Source: an uncultured Acidobacteriota bacterium (GTDB taxonomy: Bacteria; Acidobacteriota; UBA6911). From it: DNA of 64,000 nucleotides. Position 1 is the first letter of the stretch. Each line of letters starts with the position of its first letter. The notes under the pieces are model-generated. The model searched no databases. It saw nothing but the letters and a program-made list of their open reading frames with translations, and was not told where the DNA came from. Shown here piece after piece: positions 20,409 to 30,890 of the stretch. Where the stretch lies: positions 152,845-216,844 of the forward strand of contig CAWHCF010000031.1 in the NCBI GenBank assembly GCA_963827655.1, read 5' to 3'. The translations under genes were made by a program, and so were the position numbers.

Positions 20409-20855
20409 ATGAACGCAGTCAAGTTGCTGAAGCAAGATCACCAGAGAGTACGAAAGCTCTTCGACGAATACGATGCGGCAAGCGATCGTTCCTCGAAAAA
20501 GAAACGGGAGATCGCCGAGACTATCTTCCAGGAGCTTGAGCTGCACAGAAGACTGGAAGAGGAGATCTTCTACCCGGCAGTGAATGCCAGGGCGAACCAG
20601 GAGGTCAAAGAGCTTGTTATTGAAAATCTCGAGGAACATCAAGAGGTAGGGTCCCTGATCGAGGAACTCAGGGAACTGGATCCGGAGGACGCCGGTTACG
20701 AGGAGAGCTTCGCGCAGCTCGTGGAAAGCGTCCAGGAGCATATAGAAGCGGAAGAGAGCGAAATGTTCCCGGAGGCTGAGAAACGTCTGCGTGACCAACT
20801 GGACGAGATCGGCAGCCAGATGGAAGAAGAGAAGGAAATGGCTTCCACACTCTGA
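20409..20855 (+). CDS. Hemerythrin/HHE-domain protein
   Basis: LKQDH, H..LEEEIFYP, EEH, EHIEAEESEMFP. Confidence 0.88.
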   Translation: MNAVKLLKQDHQRVRKLFDEYDAASDRSSKKKREIAETIFQELELHRRLEEEIFYPAVNARANQEVKELVIENLEEHQEVGSLIEELRELDPEDAGYEESFAQLVESVQEHIEAEESEMFPEAEKRLRDQLDEIGSQMEEEKEMASTL

Positions 20856-20858
20856 AAC

Positions 20859-20922
20859 ATCCTGGCGTCTTCGCGTCTTAGTGGTTGCAGCCCTTCAATC
20901 CTAAGGCGCGAAGATGCAGGAT
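20859..20922. repeat. REP-like palindrome between convergent genes (possible bidirectional terminator)
   Basis: ATCCTGGCGTCTTCGCGTCTTAG...CTAAGGCGCGAAGATGCAGGAT. Confidence 0.65.
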
Positions 20923-20933
20923 CGGCTATGGTC

Positions 20934-21665
20934 TCAATTGCCGCCCGCGATCTCGACCGTGAGGGTCACAACCGCGCGGATGTCGATTGTTCCAGGCTCG
21001 ACCGGCGTGGGCGCAGCCGGTGCGTCCGCTCTCGCCATGGCCATGAACCGCTCCTGTACGACCGGTACCGCCGAACCGGCTTCTTCGACCAGCAGGATGC
21101 GTAGAACCTTAAGTCCAAGCGCCGAAGCGATCGAATCAGCCTTGGCGCGCGCGATAAGCGCAGCCTGACTCAAGGCCTCGGCCTGGGATTTCCGTTCATC
21201 CTTCAAGGTGAACTGAAGGCGTTGAATCGTGTTCGCCCCTGACTGAGTCGCAGTATCGATCACTTTACCCACCAGCGAGAGATCAGAAATCTTCACCCGT
21301 ACGACATTGTTAGCGGTATGACCGACGATGGTAGGTTTCCCGCCCTCTTTGGGGTAGCGATAATTCGGCGACACCGAGTAACTGATGGTCTTGATATCGG
21401 CCGAAGTTCCCAGTACGCGGCGCAGATCGTTGAGAACAGAATCGAGCCGCTGGGCATTCTGTGTGGCGGCCGCCTGGGCCGATTCCGCTTGCGATAGCAC
21501 GCCAATTTCGATTCGCGCCTCATCGGGGTTGGCGGTGACCACCGCCTCGCCTGTAACCCGGATCGAAGGGCGCGGCGGCTTTGCCGGAGGCTCCTGGGAT
21601 GCGGCTCCCGGCGCCGCAGCCCCGATCAACATAAGAATGGACAGCACTCTTGCGACCTGAGACAT
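20934..21665 (-). CDS. SIMPL/DUF541 (YggE-like) periplasmic protein
   Basis: Signal peptide; IRVTGEAVV..PD, SGAN, ARAKADSIA, PVEPG motifs. Confidence 0.88.
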   Translation of the reverse strand: MSQVARVLSILMLIGAAAPGAASQEPPAKPPRPSIRVTGEAVVTANPDEARIEIGVLSQAESAQAAATQNAQRLDSVLNDLRRVLGTSADIKTISYSVSPNYRYPKEGGKPTIVGHTANNVVRVKISDLSLVGKVIDTATQSGANTIQRLQFTLKDERKSQAEALSQAALIARAKADSIASALGLKVLRILLVEEAGSAVPVVQERFMAMARADAPAAPTPVEPGTIDIRAVVTLTVEIAGGN

Positions 21666-21681
21666 CTCATCTTCTCCCTTC

Positions 21682-24246
21682 TTATTGCGCCACCCTTTTC
21701 CTCAGGGCATCGGTGATTGGACGCCTCGCGTCATCGAATTGTTCCCACGGATCCCGGCCCCGTTCCGCAAGCCTGCGCCCGAGATTTCTCAGCGTATACT
21801 GATCGGAGCGCAAGGCGGCCAGCTCGTCCCAGTCTATCGGCGTCGAAACCGGAGCTCCGGGCCTGGCGCGCGTTGAGTAGGCTGCCACCGCCGTGGCGCC
21901 CCGAGCATTGCGCAGGTAATCAATGAATATTTTACCTCGCCGCTTTGCTTTTGACATATTGGCGGTATAAAGCTCCGGCGCCTCTCGAACAAAAGTTTCC
22001 GCGAACTCCCGGCAGAACTCTTTGATCTCATCCCAGCCCTGTCTCCGCACCAACGGGACAACAATGTGCAGACCCTTCCCCCCAGTCGTCTTCGCGAAGG
22101 CTGCGAGGCCGAGGTCCTCCAGCTTCATCCGAAGCGCCTGCGCCGCATGAGCCACCTGCTTCCACGAGACTGAAGGATCCGGATCGAGATCGAAAATAAG
22201 GCGGTCCGGTTGTTCCAGCCTGTCAGTCCGAGACCCCCAGGGATGAAACTCGAGCGTTCCCATCTGCACCAGAGATATCAGCCCTCGAACCGAATTGATG
22301 GCGATGTACGTAGCCATTCCCTTTCCTTCCCGAAGCCGTACCCGTTGGACCGATTTATCCAGCGCCTCATGCGCGTGCTTCTGATAAAAGCACTCTTTAT
22401 CGCGTCCCTCAGGACAACGAACCAGGGTCAGCGGGCGTCCAGCCAGGTAGGAGAGAATTCTGTCGGCGACTTCCTCGTAATAAAGAGCCAGCTGCCGCTT
22501 CGTGATTCCCTGGCCCGGGTAGAGGATACGGTCTGGATGAGTCAGACTCACGCCCGCGACCTCGTCAGAACCAGCCGGCGCCCGATTTGCCGGGACTTTC
22601 GCGCTCGGTCGCGCAACTTCGCGCTTTACGTCTCTGGCAGGTTTATCTTCGCGCAGGCCTTTGAAAGAGGGATGACGGAGAACTCCATCGCTGGTCCATT
22701 CATTAAAGTCAACTTCGGCCACCAGCGCAGGTTTGACCCAGTGCGAGCCCTGCGCGTCGGCTCCGGTGGGAGGGTTCGAGAACGGCGGCTGCTTCTGCTC
22801 GATCGCGCTTAGCCGGGTACGGAGGTTCTTGAGCGACTGCGCGGTAAAACCGGTTCCCACACGCCCCGCATATCGCAGGGTTCCCTCCTCGTCGTAAACC
22901 CCGAGCAAAAGCGCGCCCAGTCCTTTTCGTGATCCGGAGGGCTCAGTAAAACCCCCAATGACGAATTCCTGGCTTTGGAGACATTTGATCTTTAACCAAT
23001 CACGACCTCGTCCGGAGGAGTAAGGTCGATCGATTCGTTTCGAGATAATACCCTCCAGACCGTACTGGGAGGCGTGCTCGAGAAGCGTCTCACCTTCCCC
23101 TACGACGTGATCGCTATACCGAATCGGACTGTTTTCAGGCGCCGGCGGCAAAAGTTTGAACAGCGCCTCCTTGCGCGCAAGAAGGGACACACGAGTCAAG
23201 TCGTAGCCGTCGAGGTGGGGGAGGTCGAATGCGTAATAGGCAAGCCTTTGGTGTTCACCTCGGCTCAGAACGTTTTGAAGCGACTGGAAGCTGGTGGTGC
23301 CGTCGGGTTCCAGTACGACCACTTCGCCATCGATCAGGGCCTGGTCCACCGGAAGAGAGACCGCAGCCACGGCCAGTTCGCGAAAGCGGGCGGTCCAGTC
23401 CTTCCACTCGCGCGTAAAGAACTGCGCCTTCCCTTTCTCGATGCGGCAGAGCGCTCGATAACCGTCGTATTTTATCTCGTGAATCCACGCCTCACCTTTC
23501 GGAACCTGGTCGACGAGAGTAGCGAGCTGAGGCTGGAGCCTTTCCGGAAGCTTTGACTTACGCGCGCCAGGAAGGCTTCCCGGGTTGAGGCGGAGTTCGA
23601 CTTTGCGGCCGGGCGCCGGTTTCTTACCGGTTCCTTGATTGTCGGACGCGCGATTGGACCTCCACTCACGGTCCCGAGCGGCACGGATCTCCTCCATGCT
23701 CCGCCCGCTGGCCACACTCTCAGGACGTTCCTTCAGAATATCCCTCTTGCCTGACGGATCCGCCTTCTCATCGTTCTCTTTGATGAGCAGCCAATTCTCC
23801 TTCCCCTCTTCAGAGGAGCTCCTGCCCATCCGGACCAAGGTCCAACCTCCTTGCAACTTTTCTCCGTCGAGACGGAACTTCAACTTGCCCGCCCGAAGGC
23901 CGGCCACCGGGTCGCCCTCTTCTGTCCAGCGGCCGCGATCCCACAGCAGCACCGTTCCGCCGCCGTATTCTCCTCGAGGAATGGTTCCTTCGAAATCGCC
24001 GTACTCGACGGGATGATCTTCCACGTGGACCGCGAGACGCTTATCTCTGGGATCCAGGCTTGGGCCCTTGGGAACGGCCCAGCTCAACAGGACGCCATTC
24101 AACTCCAGTCGAAAATCGTAATGCAGACGCCGGGCTGCATGCTTCTGGATGATATACAGCCTGCCCGTTCGTTCTGGAGTTAAGGATCCGGGTGGTTCGA
24201 GAGTGCGGCTGAAGTCTCTTTTGCGGCGATAGGTCTTGAGTCCCAT
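21682..24246 (-). CDS. ligD: NHEJ DNA ligase D (phosphoesterase-ligase-polymerase)
   Basis: QKHAARRLHYDFRLE (PE), EIKYDGYR, EGIISK and WLKIK (ligase), FDLDP and TTGGKGLH (polymerase). Confidence 0.96.
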   Translation of the reverse strand: MGLKTYRRKRDFSRTLEPPGSLTPERTGRLYIIQKHAARRLHYDFRLELNGVLLSWAVPKGPSLDPRDKRLAVHVEDHPVEYGDFEGTIPRGEYGGGTVLLWDRGRWTEEGDPVAGLRAGKLKFRLDGEKLQGGWTLVRMGRSSSEEGKENWLLIKENDEKADPSGKRDILKERPESVASGRSMEEIRAARDREWRSNRASDNQGTGKKPAPGRKVELRLNPGSLPGARKSKLPERLQPQLATLVDQVPKGEAWIHEIKYDGYRALCRIEKGKAQFFTREWKDWTARFRELAVAAVSLPVDQALIDGEVVVLEPDGTTSFQSLQNVLSRGEHQRLAYYAFDLPHLDGYDLTRVSLLARKEALFKLLPPAPENSPIRYSDHVVGEGETLLEHASQYGLEGIISKRIDRPYSSGRGRDWLKIKCLQSQEFVIGGFTEPSGSRKGLGALLLGVYDEEGTLRYAGRVGTGFTAQSLKNLRTRLSAIEQKQPPFSNPPTGADAQGSHWVKPALVAEVDFNEWTSDGVLRHPSFKGLREDKPARDVKREVARPSAKVPANRAPAGSDEVAGVSLTHPDRILYPGQGITKRQLALYYEEVADRILSYLAGRPLTLVRCPEGRDKECFYQKHAHEALDKSVQRVRLREGKGMATYIAINSVRGLISLVQMGTLEFHPWGSRTDRLEQPDRLIFDLDPDPSVSWKQVAHAAQALRMKLEDLGLAAFAKTTGGKGLHIVVPLVRRQGWDEIKEFCREFAETFVREAPELYTANMSKAKRRGKIFIDYLRNARGATAVAAYSTRARPGAPVSTPIDWDELAALRSDQYTLRNLGRRLAERGRDPWEQFDDARRPITDALRKRVAQ

Positions 24247-24340
24247 CAGACTGCTAGATTACCACTATTGGGATTTGGGTCGGCCGGTCGTTGGCTTCAG
24301 AGCGCCAGAGAAGTTCGCGGCCTTAACGGGGTCTGAGCGC

Positions 24341-25189
24341 TCAGCCCGCCTTCCGCCTTCGTTCAGTTCTTCTACGGCTCGGCGCTTCGTCCTTCGCCTT
24401 CTCCACGCTGCGCTTCAGGAGATCCATGATATCGATCACCTGGGCAGTGCGCTTTTGCGGGATCTCCTTCGGGAGTTCTTCGATAGCCTCGGTAGCGCCG
24501 CTCTTCGCCTTCTTTTTAATCAGCGCCAGCAACTTCTCCCGGTACGTATCCTGGTATTTTGCCGGCTCCCACGGCTCCATCATGGTCTCGACCAGACGCT
24601 CCGCCAGCTTGATTTCTTTCTCGGCGATGTCAAGAGTTTTGAGACTCCGTGGCGGAAGATCCAACTCCGCCGGGTCGCGTAGTTCATTGGCATAACGCAG
24701 CAGGTTGACGACGAGCACCGAACCCCACACCATCACGGCGGCAAGGTATTGCCTCGAGCGGATGACGATTTTCCCGATGCCAACTTTCCCGGTTCGCTCG
24801 AGCACTTCTCGCAGCAGCGCATAACTCTTACGAGCTTTCTTTAGAGGTTCGAGATAGTACGGCTTGTCGTAATAAACCGCATCGATCTCGGAAGCATCGA
24901 CGAAACCCGTGATCTCAACCGTCTGAGTGGCCTCAACATCTGCGCGTCGAAAGTCCTCTTCCGTGAGGACGACGAATTCTTCCTTCTTGTATTCGTAGCC
25001 TTTGACAATCTCATCCCAGGGAACCTCGCGCCCGGTCCTTTCGTTGACGCGCTTGTAGCGAACCGGCGCGAGGTTCCGACGGTCCAGCAGCTTGAAACTG
25101 AGCTCCTCACGCTCCTCACCGGAGTGGAGGGCTACTGGAATATTTACCAGACCGAAGTTAATGCTTCCTTTCCAGATTGCCCGGGCCAT
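24341..25189 (-). CDS. ku: NHEJ Ku protein
   Basis: MARAIWKGSINFGLVNIPV, EIVKGYE, basic C-terminal tail. Confidence 0.96.
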   Translation of the reverse strand: MARAIWKGSINFGLVNIPVALHSGEEREELSFKLLDRRNLAPVRYKRVNERTGREVPWDEIVKGYEYKKEEFVVLTEEDFRRADVEATQTVEITGFVDASEIDAVYYDKPYYLEPLKKARKSYALLREVLERTGKVGIGKIVIRSRQYLAAVMVWGSVLVVNLLRYANELRDPAELDLPPRSLKTLDIAEKEIKLAERLVETMMEPWEPAKYQDTYREKLLALIKKKAKSGATEAIEELPKEIPQKRTAQVIDIMDLLKRSVEKAKDEAPSRRRTERRRKAG

Positions 25190-25303
25190 ACACGTTATCC
25201 GACCCCTCAGGTGTCCTGGTGATTATCTTTATTCACTATCAGGACCCGGAACTTATATTCGAGTTCTTCGATTTGTCGCCTCCTGGATACTGGATTCCCG
25301 CAA

Positions 25304-25687
25304 CTATTCCCAGTAAGGTCGGTAGCCGTAATGCGAGTAGATTTGGCTACCCCACTCGGGGTTGGTCATATCAGGCCAGTCGTTCTTGTCGAACCCAGGA
25401 GCCTTCTCCAGTTTTTCTTTGTCCACGTTCAGGATGAACTTATGCTCCTCGGTGCTTAGCTCGAGGGCATCCCAAGGGATGGCAAACAGTTTGTTGCCCA
25501 AGCCCATGAAGCCCCCGAAGGACAGGACCGCGTAGCCGATCCGGCCGTTCTTGTAGTCGAGCATCAAGTCCTCGATCTTCCCAAGGTCCTCCCCCTCCGG
25601 GTTTCTGACTCGATCGCCAATCAACGTGCTGGCCGACAGCACTCTGGGTTCGTGTTGAACCTCGGTGTACTTCTCCGTGTATTTCAT
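25304..25687 (-). CDS. PRC-barrel domain protein
   Basis: LSASTLIGDRV..GKIEDLM..YAVLSFGGFMGLGNKLFAIPW..APGFDK..WP. Confidence 0.9.
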   Translation of the reverse strand: MKYTEKYTEVQHEPRVLSASTLIGDRVRNPEGEDLGKIEDLMLDYKNGRIGYAVLSFGGFMGLGNKLFAIPWDALELSTEEHKFILNVDKEKLEKAPGFDKNDWPDMTNPEWGSQIYSHYGYRPYWE

Positions 25688-25790
25688 GACGAAAACCCTT
25701 TCTGCATCTGAACCGTTCATTAAACCGGGCCGGGCCCCCCTATGAGACCGGCATTTGAATGTCTCGCTCGGGGCGAGCAGGGTCACACGG

Positions 25791-25806
25791 TGCAATCCGC
25801 ATGCCA
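25791..25806 (-). promoter_or_regulatory. Sigma54 -24/-12 promoter for PRC-ku-ligD-SIMPL
   Basis: TGGCATGCGGATTGCA, near-perfect match to TGGCACG-N4-TTGCA. Confidence 0.72.
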
Positions 25807-26412
25807 GGCCGAAAAACCGAGTATCCTGCTTCAGTCAAAGAGTTTGGGCTTGTGAAGGGGCGCGCTTCGGGCGCAATCGATGCCGGATTTTTTTCCTTGA
25901 ATGAGCCGTTCGCGCTTCTCCCGGCCTTTCGTGCGCCAATGCTTGCTCCGAGGGCCCGAGCAAGATATCTTTTTCCTGATGGGTTATGGATTCGCCGGCT
26001 CTTCTTGTGGTCGCTATGGTGGCAAACGTCATCCAGTCCTTTCTGCCCTGACGGGCCGTGGGCGGCGTTGCTCAAGCTCGCAGTCGTTTTTCGAATCCGT
26101 CCACAGAGAAGGTTTCTTGCGACACGCGCAACCTGCGGAAAACGCTCCGGCGCTCGGCCGAAACGGATTCGAAATCTTAACCAAGGGCGAGATCCTTTAC
26201 CAAGCCAAGCTGGAGGCGATCGATTATTGTTGGTTCGGGTCAAACCATGACGTCAGTCTTGCGATGCGGAGTTCGGAGCGGGAAGCGCGCCTCGAAGGGT
26301 GTCTCGCTCTCTTCCCGACGCAGAGCCGCCTGAGTTCCTGTCGGACCTGGCGGCGCCGCCCGCGTATTGAGCGGGTTTACGAGTGGCGCGCTTGGAATTT
26401 GGAACGACAGCC

Positions 26413-27189
26413 ATGAGTTTCCGAGCCGAGCGGTTGCGCGTAGCCACGTACAATGTCCATCGATGCCGGGGGCTCGACCGGCGCGTCCGTCCCGCTCGTA
26501 TCGTCAAAGTCCTGCGCGAGCTTGACGCCGATATCATCGCGCTTCAGGAAGTCTGGAGCCGGGAAGGACCTTCACCCGATGCCGATCAGGTGCGGTTTAT
26601 TGCCGAAGAACTGGGGCTCAACAGTTCGCTCGGAGAGAACCGGAGACTGCGCGGAGCCGCTTACGGCAACGTTGTCCTGAGCCGATTTCCGGTCAATCTG
26701 GCTCGCAACTACGACATAACGGTCAAGGGTTGTGAAAGGCGTGGGTGCCTGAGGGTCGACATTTGCTTGAATGATTCCGAGGTGCTTCATATTTTCAACG
26801 TTCACCTGGGGACCGCGTTGCTGGAGCGTCGCGCACAAGGTCGGAAGCTGATCGCGGCCGATATTCTGGCGAACGATGAGTTACAGGGACCCCGCGTCGT
26901 GCTCGGAGACTTCAACGAGTGGACTCGCGGGCTTGTTTCGCGCCTGATGGCCGCGCATTTTGAGAGCCCCGACATTCGGCGCCACCTCCGGCGATCCCGC
27001 ACCTATCCGGGAGTTCTTCCATTCATGCACCTGGATCATATTTATTTTGATCGACACCTGATTCTTGAAAAGTTGATCCTTCATAGAAGCCGTACTGCGT
27101 TGATGGCGTCAGACCATCTCCCGCTCGTGGCCGACTTCGGCTTTCCCTCGACCAGGCCGGCCTCGGGAAACAATTCAGGACAAGATTGA
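26413..27189 (+). CDS. Endonuclease/exonuclease/phosphatase family protein
   Basis: TYNVH, ALQEV, GDFNEW, LDHIY, ASDHLP. Confidence 0.9.
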   Translation: MSFRAERLRVATYNVHRCRGLDRRVRPARIVKVLRELDADIIALQEVWSREGPSPDADQVRFIAEELGLNSSLGENRRLRGAAYGNVVLSRFPVNLARNYDITVKGCERRGCLRVDICLNDSEVLHIFNVHLGTALLERRAQGRKLIAADILANDELQGPRVVLGDFNEWTRGLVSRLMAAHFESPDIRRHLRRSRTYPGVLPFMHLDHIYFDRHLILEKLILHRSRTALMASDHLPLVADFGFPSTRPASGNNSGQD

Positions 27190-27290
27190 AGTTTCGGAGG
27201 TTCTTAGATTTCCAGTTTGTCTTCGAGGTTGGTTCTTGACGTGTAAACGAAGATTCGGAGACACTGCGCGAAGCATCTAGTGGGTGGCTT

Positions 27291-27725
27291 TTATCCGCCG
27301 CCGCCATCGGCATTGAAGTACGAAGTGATCGTGTTTACGCTGTCCTCGAGCTCCTCGACGAGGCTGTGCAAGAGATTCCGGATCGAGAGGATTCCTAATA
27401 TCTTCCCCTGTTCGTCCACGATCGGGAGGTGCCGGATATGCCGGTCCATCATCAGCCGCAGCGCCTCGGTGGAGGACATGTCCGATCGGATCGACTCCAC
27501 GTCCTTGGTCATTACGTCGGATACGAGTGTTCTATCAGGCGCGAGACTCTGGTAGATTACTTTCTTCATCACATCGCGTTCCGAAAAAATCCCTTTGATC
27601 TCACCTTCTTCGACGATTGCGACCGCGCCCACGCCGTTTTCCACCATCGCTTTGACCGCATCGGCCACCATAGCCTTGTGACCCACCGCGACGGGAGGGA
27701 CGTGAGCTATCTTGACGAGATTCAT
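27291..27725 (-). CDS. CBS-domain protein
   Basis: GIFSERDV, VSDVMT, HIRHLPIVD. Confidence 0.88.
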   Translation of the reverse strand: MNLVKIAHVPPVAVGHKAMVADAVKAMVENGVGAVAIVEEGEIKGIFSERDVMKKVIYQSLAPDRTLVSDVMTKDVESIRSDMSSTEALRLMMDRHIRHLPIVDEQGKILGILSIRNLLHSLVEELEDSVNTITSYFNADGGGG

Positions 27726-27847
27726 ACAACTCCTCCTGGCACGAGCCCTAAGAGCGGGCTCGTCCGCATTTGAGCGGGGGTGTTTGTTTTCATCTACTCA
27801 CCATGCAAAGGCGATGACGAGGGGTTTCCACGCGGAAACGCCGCGCG

Positions 27848-28651
27848 CTAATACCACTTTCTGATCCGAACCTCAATCTCCTTCTCTCCCTTCAAGGCAT
27901 CGGCGAAGGCCTTGGGGTCCTGTCCCCGGTAGTGATACGGATAAACGATCATCGGCCGAAACGCCTTCACGCAATCGGCCGCTTCCTGAACGGTCATAGT
28001 GTACGGGAGGTTCATGCACAGGAATGCAATGTCGATTCTCTCCAGAGACTTGATTTCAGGAACGCATTCGGTGTCTCCCGAAAAATAAAGGCGCTTTCCT
28101 CCGATATCGAGCACGTAGCCGTTACCGCGCCCCCTGGTGTGGTAGAGCTCTCCCGGAGACGGGCCGCGGGTGAGATTGTACATTGGGACAGCCTCTATGG
28201 TCAGGGTCCCGCCCATGATCAAGCTCTTCTTCTCGCCGTTCCGGAGGATCTGCGCTTCCGGGATGGTCTTGGCCACCGCTTCCGGGGCGATGATGATCGT
28301 GTCGGTGTCTTTCACCGCTGCGATGCCTTTGAGGTCCATGTGATCGGGGTGAATGTCGGTTATCAAGATGAGATCTGACTTGGCCAGCCCCGAATAGTCC
28401 CCCTGACTCCAGGGATCGATATGGATCTCCTTGCCGCGCCACTCGAGCATGACGCTGGCGTGCGTGATTGGAATGATCTTCAAGTTGCCGGAGGCAGTCT
28501 TCTCTATATCTATTTCTCGCGGCTTGCTACTCGATTGGGTTTGCTGAACGGATGCGGGCAGTAAAAAGCATGCGGCGAATACGAACAGGGCGAACAAGGC
28601 AGATAGTGATTTTGGAGCATGCATGATCTTCATCCGATTGTGTTCCGTCAA
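27848..28651 (-). CDS. Secreted MBL-fold metal-dependent hydrolase
   Basis: IDPW, TDIHPDHMD, SGDT, NLPYTM, YPYHY; signal peptide. Confidence 0.85.
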   Translation of the reverse strand: MTEHNRMKIMHAPKSLSALFALFVFAACFLLPASVQQTQSSSKPREIDIEKTASGNLKIIPITHASVMLEWRGKEIHIDPWSQGDYSGLAKSDLILITDIHPDHMDLKGIAAVKDTDTIIIAPEAVAKTIPEAQILRNGEKKSLIMGGTLTIEAVPMYNLTRGPSPGELYHTRGRGNGYVLDIGGKRLYFSGDTECVPEIKSLERIDIAFLCMNLPYTMTVQEAADCVKAFRPMIVYPYHYRGQDPKAFADALKGEKEIEVRIRKWY

Positions 28652-28709
28652 GCCATCGAGAAGGGCGGGGCGAGCATATCGATCGCGGCTTCGAGCCGCG
28701 AAGACTTCT

Positions 28710-30509
28710 TCAGTCTACCATTGAACTTGATCTCAGTACTCCCTTTCCTTCACGAATCGTCAAGATTGTATTGACGGGAAGATTCTCGAAGCTTTCTCTC
28801 CGCCCGCCGGTCCACAAGATTTCTACTTTGTCGACCCGGGTCGCGGTTTCGAGTCCGAAGTGAAGCCGCAGATCGGAATGAGAAGCGAAGCTGCCGCCGC
28901 TCATCACATCGACGCGCTGGCGGCGCCCGTCCGCCGTGAGGTAAACCGTTGTCCCGGTTGCATCACGAGGGCTCCCGTTTTCGCCGATCAGCCTGAGGAG
29001 AAGCCAGTTGTTCTTTCCAGCGGCTTCGTTGTGCAGCACAACCGGCGCCCGATCGATGCAGTTCATGACGACGTCGATGCGACCGTCATTGTCCAGGTCG
29101 CCGAACGCCGCGCCGCGCGCCGGTACGACCACGGCCAGCCCGCTGCCGGTCGCGGGAGGAACCGTCTCGAAGCGGGACCCTTGCAGATTGCGAAACAGCT
29201 GGGGTCGCTGGGCCCAGGTTGTGCCCCAATCGTACTGGTCCACACCGGGATAGACATGACCGTTGGCAACGAAGAGATCTTTGAACCCATCATTGTCGAA
29301 ATCCAGAAAACCTGTGCCCCAACCGAGAAACGGAATCGTGGGCTCGCGCAAGCCCAGTGCAGCCGTGGCATCAGTGAAGAAGCCGTTCCCCTCGTTACGA
29401 TAGAAGGTATTGTAGTCGTCGGAGAAATTGGTCAGGTACAGGTCGAGGCGCCCGTCATTGTTATAATCTCCCACGGCTATTCCCATGCCGGCCTGCTCGC
29501 GGCCGTGTTCGTTGAATGCGAATCCCGACGCGTAACTGATGTCCTCGAAGGTGGCCTCTCCTTTATTGCGATAAAGATAATTAGGAGTGGAATCGTTGAC
29601 GACCAGCAGATCGAGCAGCCTGTCGTTGTCGATGTCCGCCCACGCCGCGGCGAAGCCGTAAAGGCCCGCCTTATCGCTCACGCCGGCTCTCTCCGAGATT
29701 TCAACGAAGGTACCGTCTTTCCGGTTGAGGAAGAGAGCATCGCCGGTCCCCTTCAGTCCGCGGGGACCGCACATGACCGTCTTGCCACGGAACTCGCAGA
29801 AACGGTTTTCTATCGCGCCGAGACTTCCAGGCTCCGGAGGGTGCTCAGGATCGAACTCCAGGTAGCGACAGACGAAAAGGTCGACGTAGCCGTCGCGATT
29901 AAAATCGCCGAAAGTTGCCGCGGTCGACCAGCCGCCCAGCAACACTCCGGCTGAGGCGGCTACGTCTGAGAAGGTTCCATTGCCGTTATTACGGTACAGT
30001 CGATTGGGACCGAAATTAGTAACATAGAGGTCAAGGTCCCCGTCGTTGTCATAGTCTGAGACCGCAGCGCCGAAGCCCCAGCGCTCGTTAGCCACGCCGG
30101 CCTTCGCGGTCACATCGGTGAAGGTTCCGTTGCGGTTGTTCCTGTACAGGGCCGCTTTAGGCGCCGGCTCCTTCCCCTTCAGCGCCTCGAAGGTCGAACC
30201 GTTAACCAGGAAGATATCCAACCAGCCGTCGTTGTCATAGTCGAAGAGGGCCACTCCTCCGGAGGGGACTTCCAGAATGTATTTCTTCTCCGGTCTCCCC
30301 GATCGATGTCTGAACGCCGCCAATCCAGAAGAGACTGTCTTATCGACAAAAACCACGGGCGCGCCGTCGACGAATCCTCCTGCTGTGATAGGGCGGTTCA
30401 GGCTATCGCGCACAGGCGCGGATGCGCCTCCCGTGACAACACCGCCGCGCTCCTGGGGGAGGACCGGCATGACCATCAATACCAACGCGATCGTAAGGAA
30501 CTTCTTCAT
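28710..30509 (-). CDS. CRTAC1-family protein (FG-GAP repeats + ASPIC/UnbV)
   Basis: Many DYDNDG repeats, CGPRGL, C-terminal LHFGL; signal peptide. Confidence 0.9.
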   Translation of the reverse strand: MKKFLTIALVLMVMPVLPQERGGVVTGGASAPVRDSLNRPITAGGFVDGAPVVFVDKTVSSGLAAFRHRSGRPEKKYILEVPSGGVALFDYDNDGWLDIFLVNGSTFEALKGKEPAPKAALYRNNRNGTFTDVTAKAGVANERWGFGAAVSDYDNDGDLDLYVTNFGPNRLYRNNGNGTFSDVAASAGVLLGGWSTAATFGDFNRDGYVDLFVCRYLEFDPEHPPEPGSLGAIENRFCEFRGKTVMCGPRGLKGTGDALFLNRKDGTFVEISERAGVSDKAGLYGFAAAWADIDNDRLLDLLVVNDSTPNYLYRNKGEATFEDISYASGFAFNEHGREQAGMGIAVGDYNNDGRLDLYLTNFSDDYNTFYRNEGNGFFTDATAALGLREPTIPFLGWGTGFLDFDNDGFKDLFVANGHVYPGVDQYDWGTTWAQRPQLFRNLQGSRFETVPPATGSGLAVVVPARGAAFGDLDNDGRIDVVMNCIDRAPVVLHNEAAGKNNWLLLRLIGENGSPRDATGTTVYLTADGRRQRVDVMSGGSFASHSDLRLHFGLETATRVDKVEILWTGGRRESFENLPVNTILTIREGKGVLRSSSMVD

Positions 30510-30587
30510 TGCGCGAGTCGCCAGCAAGCAGGGGCCAACATTCGGAGTCATTTTACGCCACTTCTGCGGGATCGCAAATCAGGCTTC

Positions 30588-30757
30588 GCGTTTCTTTGTG
30601 TCACTTGCTGGCGTTTCCTTGCTTTTTGGGCACGATTCTTGGTGTTTCTTCGTGTCTTGGTGTCCTAGTAGGTATTTCGCAGCCCTAACCACAAAGACAC
30701 GGAGACAATTCGGTTGCGGCCTCACGGCTGCGTTGTGTCTTCGCGTCTTTGCGGTTG
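30588..30757. repeat. Cluster of REP-like GTGTCTT/AAGACAC units
   Basis: GTGTTTCTTCGTGTCTTGGTGTCCTAG, CCACAAAGACACGGAGAC, GTGTCTTCGCGTCTTTGCGG. Confidence 0.6.
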
Positions 30758-30890
30758 CTCGAAAAAACTGCTTGTCCGCGGAGTCGGTCCGGCTTAATCT
30801 GCGAGAAGTCGAAGCCGCCACCTTCAATCTTGCCCCGCGGCGCGAGACCACAATGGGCTGGCAGCCGCAGGGCGCCCGGAAAGGCTCTAT

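Noticed and set aside
25810-26400. Several overlapping 65-170 aa ORFs between the PRC-barrel and EEP genes
   Set aside because: No recognisable motifs or RBS; more likely a divergent regulatory region.
27824-27839. GTTTCCACGCGGAAAC as an additional parS
   Set aside because: Core CACGTG is broken and the flanks deviate from consensus.
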